A stretch of DNA of 64,000 nucleotides, from positions 5,642,001 through 5,706,000 of the forward strand of contig JBHGNT010000013.1 in assembly GCA_043228905.1 (NCBI GenBank), in the 5' to 3' direction. A program made the position numbers and the translations under genes. This document shows, piece by piece, positions 24,115 to 35,692 of this stretch. Under the pieces are notes generated by a model, which was not told where the DNA came from, ran no database searches, and worked only from the letters and a program-made list of their open reading frames with translations. The stretch comes from Azolla caroliniana. Lineage: Eukaryota; Plantae; Polypodiophyta. Within the stretch, counting starts at the first letter, position 1, and every line of letters begins with the position of its first letter.

Positions 24115-24116
24115 TG

Positions 24117-24492
24117 TGTTGACCGGTCAGAAGAGCAAGGACAAGTGGGAAGGCGGAGTCGGATCGGATAATAGGAAGTAAATAATAGTATAATTATTAT
24201 TCAGAGGGACGGATCCGGTACAGTTGTACCGATCCGGATGCCGGTTGCCTAAGCGCACCGATTGTAACCTTGCCGGATGCCTATAAAAGGATCCGATGAT
24301 TTGTAAAGGTTTGGGACGGAAGTAATACAAATAGAATTATTGCGTGTTTATCTGTATCTTTGTATTGTTTTACCGTCTGTGCTTAATTGTAATCATCTTA
24401 CGCGTGTAACCTAGCATCCAATCCTTACCACCCCTTTGGAGAAGTGTCGGATAGACACCTGGGTTGACGCTAGTCCGACCAGGCAGACAACA
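24117..24492 (+). repeat. Element A 3' LTR (376 bp)
   Basis: Direct repeat of 14620-15011, followed by TSD CCAAT. Confidence 0.95.
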
Positions 24493-27400
24493 CCAATTGT
24501 GGTGAGGTTCCTCTTTTAATTACTCTACTTCATCGATGTTTCTTCTTTATACTCGAACCGCCTTTGCCATCCGATCCACCATATTCTTCGTTCACTCTTT
24601 GCACTTCCATGATCGGTTATCATGGCTCTCTTTGCTCCTCTTGAGCATAATGCTTCACTTCTTATGCATGTTCCACCTTCATCTCGGCCATGTCCTTGGT
24701 CATCAAATTTTCTTTTATCATTCTTTCTTGTTCCATGCATACCTTTGGAAGACCTTATCGAAATACTATTCTTGAGTACTCTTAGCGATTCGTTCTTTAG
24801 CGGCATGGTCTCCTCTAGGTCCTTAAGTGACCACATCGCATGCTTCCCACTTTGTCCAATTTTGTGGTACACTCTCGTCTTGGAGTTGACTGTGACTTCT
24901 ACAGTAGTATTATCCTTGTTAGATTTTGTGATCACATCTTTCATTTCCGCTTGGCCCACTTGGCCCATATCTTTGCTTTTTGAGGTTTGCTTGGTTTTTT
25001 TGTTGCACACATTAGCTTTTGCTTTGCTTGACCTCTTTGTCGCACGCATGGACGTTCATCGTTTTGCTTTTCTTTACATCCTTGTTGCACACATTGGCTT
25101 TAACCCTTGCTTCCTCACCGCCATATTCCTTCGCTTGGGTCTTACATTGGTTAATGCCCAGTCTCTCAAACGAGTGTGGAGGAATATTGTAGTTTGGCAT
25201 TGCCTTTGTCGTGCTACCTTTAGCCACTTCCACCTTATGGTTGTTCTCATCGGCATTGATCTTTGTTTCCTCAACGCCACCTTTTGTCTCTTGGGTCTTA
25301 CATCGGTTAATGCCCAAGTCTCAAGAACTTTTGTGGGGAAAGTCTCTTCATGATCATCGTCTACCCTCTTCATCGTGACGTCTCCTTCTTCTTCGCATGT
25401 GTTAGCCTCGACCTTCACTTCCCCGCCGCCACCTTCCTCTCTTGGGTCTCACGTTTGCTTTCCGATGCATCTGCCCAAGTCTCTAGAACAAGTGTGGAGA
25501 AAGTCTTGACACGGCCATCCGCTATTGACTGGTCTTTAGCCACCTCTGACTCGATGTCGTTTCTCGTAGCTACTTCCTCGATCATGTTGACCTCACACTT
25601 TTTATCTCCCTTGATCATGCAAGCTTTGCTCATGCTTGCACCTTCATCAATTGATGTTTCCGACACGATGTGTGTTCTGAAACATTTCCTCTTGCTTGAA
25701 GTGGCATTCGCCAGCCTCGATTCATTTGATTCATTCTTCATCATTGTTTCTTTGCAAGATGAGAAGGTGTCTTGTTCCACACCTTCTCTCATGGTGCTAT
25801 TGTACAAAACTTGGGCCTCCGTATTGGTCATATCAGGACTCCACCTTTGTTGGGAGGTCTCTTCTTCCTTGATAACAATTTCAATCGGTTTTGGTTCCAT
25901 TATAAGATTCTCTTTGGCCTCGACTTACACCTTTAATTTCTCATATGCCTCGTTTATGAAGGCCACTATGTCGAGTAACATTGAACCTTCCCTCTTCAAG
26001 CTCTCTTCTTTAGGTGGTAGTTTGTTGTTACTTCCTCTCCTCCTTTCACCATCCGTTGTGGGTTGTTTTGTTGTAGATGAGAATCTTGTCTTCCTCTTAT
26101 CGTGTAGTTGACATACTCTTTCCACTTTATTCTCTTTTGAGGGTCACAACAACGTGTGGTGGCGATGTGGCGACGTAACAGCCAAACCATGTCCTCGACA
26201 ACAAATGTCAGTGCATCCAAGTGATGTGGGTCCGCTTGATCTTTATACTGGTCACTAGCGACACTACTGACAAGGAGAGATCACAATGGACATTGTGTAT
26301 AGCGTGGCCACGCCTCTCTGCCGATGGATTGACCGAAATTGCAGCTATGGAAATGCTGAAACGAGGGTGAAAGCCATAGTTTGCAAAGAAGGGGGAAACT
26401 TTAGTTGAAGCATGAATACTATTATTGTAGGCAAATTCTGCCATTGCAAGGAAACCCACCCAATCCTCTTGTTGGTAGCTCACGGTACACCGAAGATATT
26501 TTTCGAGGATTTGGTTGACTCGTTCCATTTGTCCATCAGTTTGAGGATGGTATACTGAGGACAAGTTTACAAAAGTCCTGAATGTTTGTAGAAATTGTCG
26601 CTAGAAGTGGGAAATGAACTGAGAACCTTGATCAGAGGTGATATCCTCGGGTAAGCCATGTAATCGGACAACATTTCTAAGAAAAAGGTCAGTGGTCTCT
26701 TCCCCAGAAATGGTTTTGGAACATGGGACAAAGTGAGCCATCTTCGAAAACCGATCGACAATGACTAGCACTGTGTCATGGCCACCAACTAGAGGGAGGT
26801 CGGTGATAAAGTCCATGGATAGAGAGACCCACGATCGACTTGGAATGGGGAGCGGATGAAGAAGACTGTATGGTAGATGAGGCATTTTAGACCAAGCACA
26901 TATATCACATGTCTTGATAAACTCCTTGACAAATTTCCAAGGTTGGGGGCCACCAAAACCCTCGAGATAGGAATTCCAGGGTTTTCCTGACCCCAAAGTG
27001 GTTGGCAAGAGGATCATCATGACAGTTTTGTAGTACCCGTGTCCGACATGATCCTTCAGGAACGTACAAGAGATGATTACGATATAGTAACCCATCACGG
27101 GTTGTAACTTGGTTGAGATATGAGCTTTTCATGCCCGAAGATGGGTCATTGATGCGGGCCATGATTTCTTTGGCGAATGGGTCTAATATGGTTGCCCTAG
27201 CGATCTCATTGAGCAAAGAATCATCATGCAATATGCAGGTGGCAAACATTTGAAGTTGACCGGGCCGCAACAAACAATGAGACTGTTGTGAATATGCGTC
27301 ATCTCTTGGGCGCAATGCAAAATCAGGATGCTGAGAGATGGCATCAGCTTTCCCATGTTGAACTCCAGGTCGAAAGAAGATCTCAAAGTCGTAGACGGCG

Positions 27401-30314
27401 AGAAAAGATGACCATCGTGCTTGTATCTGATTCAATGTACGACTAGTGGTGAAGTAAATTAGATTTTTGCGGGCGGTCAACACCTGGATGTGATATTGGG
27501 CTCCAGCCAAATAGGGTCGCCCTTCGGTGAAGGCAAATATGATTGCAGCAAGCTCCTTGTCATAGACCAGATAATTGATTTCCAGGGCGGTAAACTTCCA
27601 AGAGTAGAAGGCAACAGGATGTAGTGTGCCCCATCGTCTGGTTGGGATAGGACAACTCCAATGGCAATGTCAGAGGCATTTGTTCCAACTTGGAAGGGCC
27701 TTGTCGGGTCGGGGTGGAGCAACACTAAGACTGTGAAGAAAGTTTCCTTGATGGCATCAAAAGAACTTTGCGCCGTAGAGGTCCAAAGAAATGGAGTATA
27801 TTTTCTAGTAAGGATGATTAGAGGTTGCACTAAAGAGGAAAAACCATTGATAGAAATTTGCCAAACCAAGAAATGATTGTACCTCTTTCAACTGAGTAGG
27901 GACAGGCCAATCGGTGATTGCCACTACCTTGCGTGCATCCATTGTGATCCCGGAGTGTGAAATCACGTAGCCTGGGAATTTGACAGAGATCCGATCGAAT
28001 TCACATTTCTCACTTTTGGCGTAAAGTCCATGTTCTCGAAGTTTGGATAGAACCAGTCGGACGTGCCGGGTGTGCTCCTCTATTTTGGAAGAAAAAACTA
28101 AAATGTCGTAAAGGTAGATCACCACGAAGTGATCGAGATACTCTCGAAATGTATTGTTCATCATGTGTTGAAAGACCATCGGGGTGTTGGTGAGACCAAA
28201 AGGCATCACCTTGTACTCGAAATTTCCATAGCATGTTCAAAAGGCAGTTTTCCACTCGTCTCCTGGTTTGATACGCACCAGATTGTAAGCTCCCCGAAGG
28301 TCGATTTTGGAGAAGATAGGCCTGGTTCGAAGTTAGTCAAGGAGTGTTGGAATTAAAGGCAAGGGATAATGATTACATACCATAATTTTGTTGACACCCC
28401 TATAATCCATCCATCTTCTTGACAAATAAGATTGGGGCCCCAGACAGTGATTTGGAGGGTTGAATGAAGCCCTTGGCAAGGTTTTCATCCAAATATGTGC
28501 GAAGAGCCTCAAGTTCGGGTTCAGATAGCCCATAGATGGGCCCAAATGGTGGATGTGAGCCATCTTGGAGTTCGATTGGGCAATCATAGGGGCAATGTAC
28601 TGGTAACCGATCTGCATTTCCCTTTTTGAACATGTCCAAAAAATCGCTATATCTTGCGGGCAAATTGGTGACAGGAGTAGAGACATCCTATGACACAATG
28701 GGCATAGAAGTGACCACGCTAGAATCGACCACAACGGAATCGGCAACATTCGAGGTTGAGTTGAAAGCAGAAGAATGTGCACACAAGCTGAAAGTAGCTC
28801 CCCCACACGTAACGGTGTTTGTGGAAGACACCCGCGCTGGTGTTTGTGGAAAGATGATGGAGTGGCTACACCAATCCATCATCAGATTGTGTGTTTCCAA
28901 CCAAGAGAGCCTTAAAACAATCGGATGTGGAGGGGGTCGCAATGAGATAGAATGCTAATACCTCTTAGTGGAACCTGACTTGAAGTACTAACGGGACAGT
29001 GGCTTCAGTAACCGCCCCCGAAGAGAGAACCGGTCCGTTGATAACTTCAATGGATATGGGTTGTGTTGTGCGGACAGTGGGGATTTTATGTGCTCGAACG
29101 AACATGATATCGATGAAACAAGTAGATGCACCAAAATCGAGCAAGGCATGGGATTTTATTGAAATAGACCCAAAACAAAAACTTGCTTGCAAAGTAAAAC
29201 CTCCTGTTGGCATGCCTGAATTGTAGGCGCACAGAGAAGTAGGTTGACGGGAATTGTCCAGTAGCATGGCTTCTATTGCAACCAAACTTGCTCGTTTTCC
29301 TATTGTCCAAAAACCGCCGCAAGACATGCACGATCATTTTCTTTTTGTCGAGAAACCTCTGCAAGACGTGCCCGATGGGATTGATGACGAGGGTTGCGCA
29401 TCGGGCAGTGGCGGATGATATGGCCGGGGGTACCACAATAGAGGTAGAGGCCATTGTCCCGTCGATGTTGCCGTTGGACATCGGTTAATGGTTGGGACCG
29501 AGCATGGTCGATCTCCATTGGAGTACAAGGGTCAACCTCCATCGGAGATTACCTAGGACAATGATGGGGGCTCCGGAAAGTTTAAGAGAAGATTTTTAAC
29601 AACATTTCTGAGGCCTCGACGAAACTGTTCACATAAAGCTTGGTCATCCTAGCGGACATCGCACGCGATCTAACGAAACTCTAAAGCATAGATGAAAGCG
29701 GGAAGAGAGCCTTGTTGTAAGGATGTGGCTTCAAGCTCCGCAAGGAAGGCAGGAAACTTGTCTAAGAGTGGGGATGATGTCTCCATCAATAGTGCAAACC
29801 ACGCTTGTGCCGGCCCCGAGAGAAGGTTGCCAACAAGGCCAACCCGAGAGAAATCACTAGCATAACGTTGGGGTTGTAAGCGGATGATAAGCCGAATTTG
29901 ATTGATGAAGCCACGAAGATGCGCCCTCGAGTCGTTGAATTTGTCAGGTAGACTAACATTAGGTTCAATGAAATATGAATGGGAAGAGGAAGGGGTTGGG
30001 TTAGGTGCTAATGGAAGGTGACGCTCAATAGGTGGAGGGTTGTTGGCTATGCTATTTTGAAGTTCTCACAATGATTGATGAAGGCTTTCATTTTCTAATT
30101 GAAGTTGTTCCAAGGCTGCCATTACTTGGCTTAAGGCCGAGTCGGACATGGTAACATGAAGGAAGGTGAACAAACTGTCACGGGTGGGTAGATGAGGATA
30201 GGGACAAGTAGGCGAGCTAAATATTAAGAGAGAGCGAAAGATAGATAGATAGATAGATAGGGAGAGAGCATAGACAAGAGAACAAGAGAGAGAAAAGAAA
30301 GAAAGAAAGAAAGA

Positions 30315-33285
30315 TATATTAATGTCTTCTAAGGCCAAAATTGGCCCATGAGACAAATGGTTTACAACAAAAAATGGGATATTTACCCATTCATCGAAAG
30401 TAAAAAAATAAAAAAAAGATAAAAATGGAGTTTAAGCTAAATAATTCTAGTAGAATAACAAACATGTTCTATAAAAAACATGTTCTAAAATGATGTTACA
30501 CTAGGCCTAATCTCACTTCCATCTAAGTCTCTCAAAGAGAAGTAGGAGGTCAAAGGGTTTTGATGTGAATGTGGCTCGGGACCCCAATGTAAAAGGTACC
30601 CCAACCATAGCTTCTAGTCGACGTAGCTCACGTTCCCTTTTCTTCTTAATCATTTCTACTCCACATCGACTTGCTTTGAAGCCCAACATCCGACGGCGTT
30701 TGGTTTTTCTTTGCATTTTTTCTTCCTCGAGAGAGAGGCCGAGCGATGTAAGTGTATCCACATTCATCGTATCCCCTTGTTCCTGAAAAATTACACTAGT
30801 TACATGTTGATGAGAAGTAAAAGGGTTATGGTTAACACTTTGTAATTTATTCTCCCTATGTTGTTTTAGCTCTAATATATACCTACCTAGTCTCTGTACA
30901 TCTGGGGTATCTAATAGTTTGGAGAGGGTGGGGGAGGGTCCTAATATGTCTTGGTATTCCGCTCGTATCTCGACATAAGTTGGACACTTGCATGTGAAGT
31001 GATACTCATCCTCTATCTCTATGTGGCACAACCTACATAGCCTTTCCTCTCTAGGGACTCTATTAGCCTGACCATTCTCAATATCAAGTTGGTGAGATGA
31101 TATACTAAGCTATCCAATGCGCACCCTTAGTGCATTTGATAAGAATGTATCTAGATATCATGGTCGTGTAATAAAACCTAACTTAGAGAAGTGCAAGAAG
31201 TGTTCCGTATAGTACAACATTTTAGATGAGAGTGGCTCTCGTGGGGTGATCCATTTATGTTGAGTGTAAATTTGCCATATTTCTTGGCGTATCACTTTAT
31301 TGCATTCTTCATGAGAGATTAGAGTTTGTTTAGTCCCAACTCACCACAATGTCTATTCCGTTTGTAAGTAACCAACTCACCACAATGCTATACCAAGAAC
31401 TAGTGTCTCCAAACACATATAGGGATTGGGATGCCTCAAAGGCTTGACGAGATATCCTACCTTGTGGTTGGCTATGTATTCGATGATAAAAACTACCACT
31501 TGGAAAAGTGCTTCTACTAACATCCGGGGCAGATAGAACTCTGCTCTAATAATGTCATCTGGTACTGTCGATTTGCTTCGGAGTTGACGTGATAACATCA
31601 TCACCAAAGGTCTCTTTAATTGCGTCCACATGAAAGATGGTAGACTTGGAGCCCATACTACTGATGCATACATTAGGGAAGGGGTCACTAATGAGTCGAA
31701 GAGCCATCCCTTATTCCGTGGCTCTTGAAAGTATGCCTAGTGGCATTGTCTCTCTAAGAGTGAGAGGGATGCATTCCCTCTCGTTAGCCTATCTTTGGCT
31801 CCCCGGGTCATCAAGAATTTACCTGAATGAGCACTAAAAGTAACTCCCAAGTATACATATGATCCAACTACCTCAACTGGTTTATCAGAGAGGATTAGAT
31901 GACAATTACTCCTAACTCGAGACGATGTATGAAAGATAAGGACTCTGGTTTTCGCTAGATTCACTACCAATCCTCATTGTGTACAAAAGTTATCTAAGGC
32001 ATTAAGATGTTTTTGTAGGTCATGTTTGGGCTCCGAGAGCAAGAAAATGTCGTCTTGCATAGAGTAAGATACAAACTTACCTCCCTTATGATCAATAAAA
32101 TCAATGATCTCATCAATGTAGATCCCAAATAGAGTTGGTGATAGGGGGCAACCCTGTTTTACACCAATAGTGTTGGTGAAACAATCGGATAGGTGACCTG
32201 GGCATCTTATGCACCCAAAGACTTGCTCATATATGGCATAAATGGCCCAAATCATGTCATTTGGTATCTCCAAGCTTTTAAGTCTATCAAACAACCTCTC
32301 CCTAGGAATTGTGTCAAAGGCTTTGCAGAAGTCCACAAAGCAACAATATAGTTTCTTCTTACGAGCCTTCGTCTGGTCAATTAAGCACCTAAGTGTAAAG
32401 ATATGTTCAATAGTGAAGAAGGCTCGTCTAAAGACAACTTGCTCATGTGCTCCGTTTCCATTACTGCACCATATAGTTTGGCGAGCGTATGACCTATCAT
32501 AATGGTCCTATATGCATTTGGGTCCATTGGGTCCATTGGCTCCTGTCCTTTATGTATAGGGGCCACTGTGTTCATGGTCCATTGTGGTGGAAAACCCTCA
32601 GCGAGGGCATGGTTGAAGATTAGAGTGAGAAAGGGGGCTAAGCACTCTCGAGCATATATGATGTGCTCGACTCACAATCATATGTGGTCCATGGATTTCC
32701 TATGTTGTAATTTTTTTATGACCTTCGTGACCCTAGAGGTCCTGAAAAGTGTCCCCATGGTAGGTCGAGGTGTGAAAGGCATTGGAATAGGTGGTTGGCT
32801 CGGGACATGGTAGAGTCTCTTGATATATGTGTGCCAAATATTGGGGTCCTCGATGGGTGTTTGAGGTCTCGGTTCCCGTAGTCTCTTCCATGCAAGGGCA
32901 GGGTCCTTACTCATGAGCATGTGGTAGAGTTCCCAATATTGGGATGCTTCCCAAGCTCGTCTTTTACGACATGCCATCTTGCACATCTGTTTGCGAGCCT
33001 GTACTGAGGAAATAGGATCACTAAGTCACAACACTTTAAGTTGACTATACAGCTATCCACAATCCTCATCATACCACTTGTTTTGTGGCATAGACCCTAT
33101 TCTACTATGATTGGAGTGTTTCATGTGTGGCAAACTACTAATTGCTGTTGAGTGAAGGATGTGTGTGAGTTCTGTAGTGAGGTTCTCTAAAGGCAAGGAA
33201 GAATCAAAAGAGGAGAGAAGCTGATTGGCTTGAACATGTTGGGAGTAGATATCAGCGAGCTCATGCGTGAAATGTATTATGGTGT
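30315..33285 (-). mobile_element. 5'-truncated degenerate LINE (RTE/RTEX-like; clade uncertain)
   Basis: DFCKAFD, GVKQGCPLSP, YVYLGV RT motifs; C-terminal CRLC...EDEYHFTCKC finger; removing it rejoins an LTR that is continuous at 13430-13460. Confidence 0.9.
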
Positions 33286-33514
33286 CAAGAACTAAATTAT
33301 GCTTCCGTAACTGGTGTTGCTCACCTTGATTGTAATCAAGGTGCATCGAAGTATTTATACAAGAATGTGGTGGTATGCATGTAAGCTAGGAAACATCTAA
33401 AGAGTGCATGGAAACTTCTAGAGAGTGCATGACACTACATTCTCTAGAAGTTTCTTGAAAGTTGTAGTGATTAACTTACAATATAATAAGTATACAATAC
33501 AATAATGCATAGAT

Positions 33515-33583
33515 GGATGTAGCTCAATTGGTAAGGTTGCCCAATAAGACTAGGAGGTCATGGGTTCAACCCTTTACATTCCA
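33515..33583 (+). pseudogene. tRNA-derived sequence inside chromovirus LTR U3
   Basis: A-box TAGCTCAATTGGTA, B-box GGTTCAACCC, GGATGTA/TACATTC acceptor-like pairing; no credible anticodon arm. Confidence 0.6.
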
Positions 33584-33597
33584 TTGTCTCTATGACA

Positions 33598-35057
33598 ATC
33601 AGTCCCTACGTCCTACGCACTACGCAAATCCCCTTAAGTCACAATTTTGGCACGCTTGGTGATCTGTGAATCCTCACAGTCGAGCATCAAGGAATGGATG
33701 TCTAGCCACCGACATACTAGAGAACCCACTAGACAAAATCGACCACAAACCCAGATACGTCACTCGACAAACAAAAGAACAGGCTACACGAAAACCTTGC
33801 CTTAATGACTGCGCCCCGTGTCCCCCCGAGGCTACGGTTGAATCCATGCTTACACAACAAAGCGGCATCCAGCAGGAAGCCCTATCGCCACCAAATCAAG
33901 CTAGTGTTACAAAGTCTCACAAGCAGCCCCATCCTGATAGCAGTAATAGCCCGGACACAATCGTCACAACTAGCATGGCTTTTTCGTATTCCCTTTTCAA
34001 TGACGAATGTTGTAGGTTTTAGGGTTAGGGTATGATAGATTATTATGATAATGATTATTAGTGATGGAGATAGACATGGTGTAATAGTGAAGATGATGGA
34101 GAGTATGATGGTGAGAGAGATCATGAAGATGTTGACAAGCATTGAGAAACATTGCGGGGTGAGGGGTGGTGCCTAGAATGGCTCCACCCTCCTCCCAAGG
34201 GGGTTCAACATTAGGGAGAGTGAAGAGAAAGAGATTATGAGAGAGAGAGATTGAGAGAGAAATTTCCATTGTATTCATTCATTCCCCATATGGGGTTAAA
34301 TAGATACAAAGGGGTTGATACACAAAGGTGTAAGCCCTCTTGGCATTCACACCTAGTCACTAACTCACACCTCTTTGTATCCACCACACTCACACTTACA
34401 TTCACACTCATAATCGTATAACATTACACATACATATCATAACATTACATCTTTCAGCCTCATCACACTTATCAATCACTCGTACATCTCGTATGGTAAC
34501 AACAAAACCGACGCTGAAAGCCACATTCGGTCATTCCTTAACATTTGGAATGCTAATCACATGGCACAATGACTTCCGGAAGCGGAAGCGCATGCATCAA
34601 AGATCACCGAGTTCGGAATAACCTTCCATGGTCGCACTGCCCGTTGGCATTCCCAGCTCGATATCACGTCGTTTCCGACGTTCGACCAACTTCAATCGTC
34701 ATTCTTGCGATTCTTCCATTGCAGTATTCCGCGGCGCGAGATTATCAGCCAATTTTATACCATCAAGCAGTCTCCAAAAGAGTCCGTAGCGGATTTTAGT
34801 CTACAATTTCAGAGCCTGCATCGACAGCTCATACGCATCCTGATGGAGGAATACGCTAACAACGCAACACAGTCTTTGAAGGGTGAAACGGCGGATATGG
34901 TTATCGAGCAGGCATTACAACTTGAATTAGAATACGAGGATGAAGGGTTGTCCATGGCATCGCTCCGGCAAGCGTTGCCCTAGGATGAGGAGTATCGATT
35001 CCACCAGGCAATTCAATCCACAATTTGCCTGAACTCAAGGCACTCCACGGTGGATTG
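33598..35057 (+). mobile_element. Relic D of the A family: LTR end, PBS, gag fragment
   Basis: ...GTCACA then TGGCACGCTTGGTG at 33648; gag DAESHIRSFLNIWNANH matches A DAEAHVYAFLQTWEANH; ends at HSTVDC. Confidence 0.8.
34008..34501. mobile_element. Solo LTR in relic D gag
   Basis: TG...CA, TSD ACGAA/ACAAA, gag frame rejoins across it. Confidence 0.75.
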
Positions 35058-35642
35058 TGTTAGGAAACAGGTCCCTCCAAATGGGAAGAGAAGAGCTATG
35101 TAGATGAGGAACTTGGCCGAGGCTGATACCTAAATCCTGTATGTTATCCGTGGGATTATACACGTATGAGTTTATAAGTGATGGAACGTGATAAGTGCAA
35201 AGTCTTTTTATTAATAGCCATTGTTATTCTCTGACCGGACAAGGCCTAACACAAGGTGTCACGGAGACACTTCACCAAAGGGTGATTACGGCATAGAATT
35301 AAGATTCAACGATTACACCGACTTACGTAGGTTACACGATTAAAGTGCTTTGGTTAATTACACGCGTAAGATATAACGGTAAGTACAGAACGGAAATCCA
35401 CACAGAAGTATAAACACCATATGCTCTATTAATTATCCGCTCCGATTACAATGGGGTCCGGGCCTTTAAATAGGTTTCCGGCCCGTAGTACAAAACGGTG
35501 CATATCGCACCTATTCGGGATCCGTCCGGATCTGGAACGGCATACCGTTTCCAGTCCGTCCGTCCATACTATGCTTAATTACAACCATTCTAAATTAATT
35601 CCTTCACTCCGTATTTTGGACTCCTTGCCGGCCGGTAACACA

Positions 35643-35680
35643 TGGCACGCCCGTGGGACAGTACCTTGTACGTCGAACCC
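35643..35680 (-). other. tRNA-Arg-like 3' half at the PPT position of B
   Basis: Element strand GGGTTCG-ACGTACAAGGTACTGT-CCCACGGGCGTGCCA, 2 nt before 3' LTR. Confidence 0.8.
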
Positions 35681-35692
35681 TTCTCAGCCCCT

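Larger units (their letters stand above)
14620..24492 (+). mobile_element. Full-length non-chromovirus Ty3/gypsy element A with extra 3' ORF
   Basis: LTRs 14620-15011 and 24117-24492, TSD CCAAT, gag-PR-RT-RH-IN order, no chromodomain or second RNase H seen, FLDD RT motif (Athila-like). Confidence 0.97.
26140..33597 (-). mobile_element. Degenerate Tf2/Tcn1-like chromovirus-type element, 3' end lost; 5' LTR split by a LINE
   Basis: Gag ATG at 30149, ALLDFGAS protease, MPFGLTN RT, RNase H, integrase ([17 protein letters not shown]); LTR 30176-33597 with TGTCA/TGACA termini. Confidence 0.88.

Noticed and set aside
33515-33583. Functional tRNA gene
   Set aside because: No well-formed anticodon arm; embedded in an LTR.
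34016-34030. TTTAGGGTTAGGG as interstitial telomere
   Set aside because: Only two units; telo-box-like motifs occur in several LTRs here.
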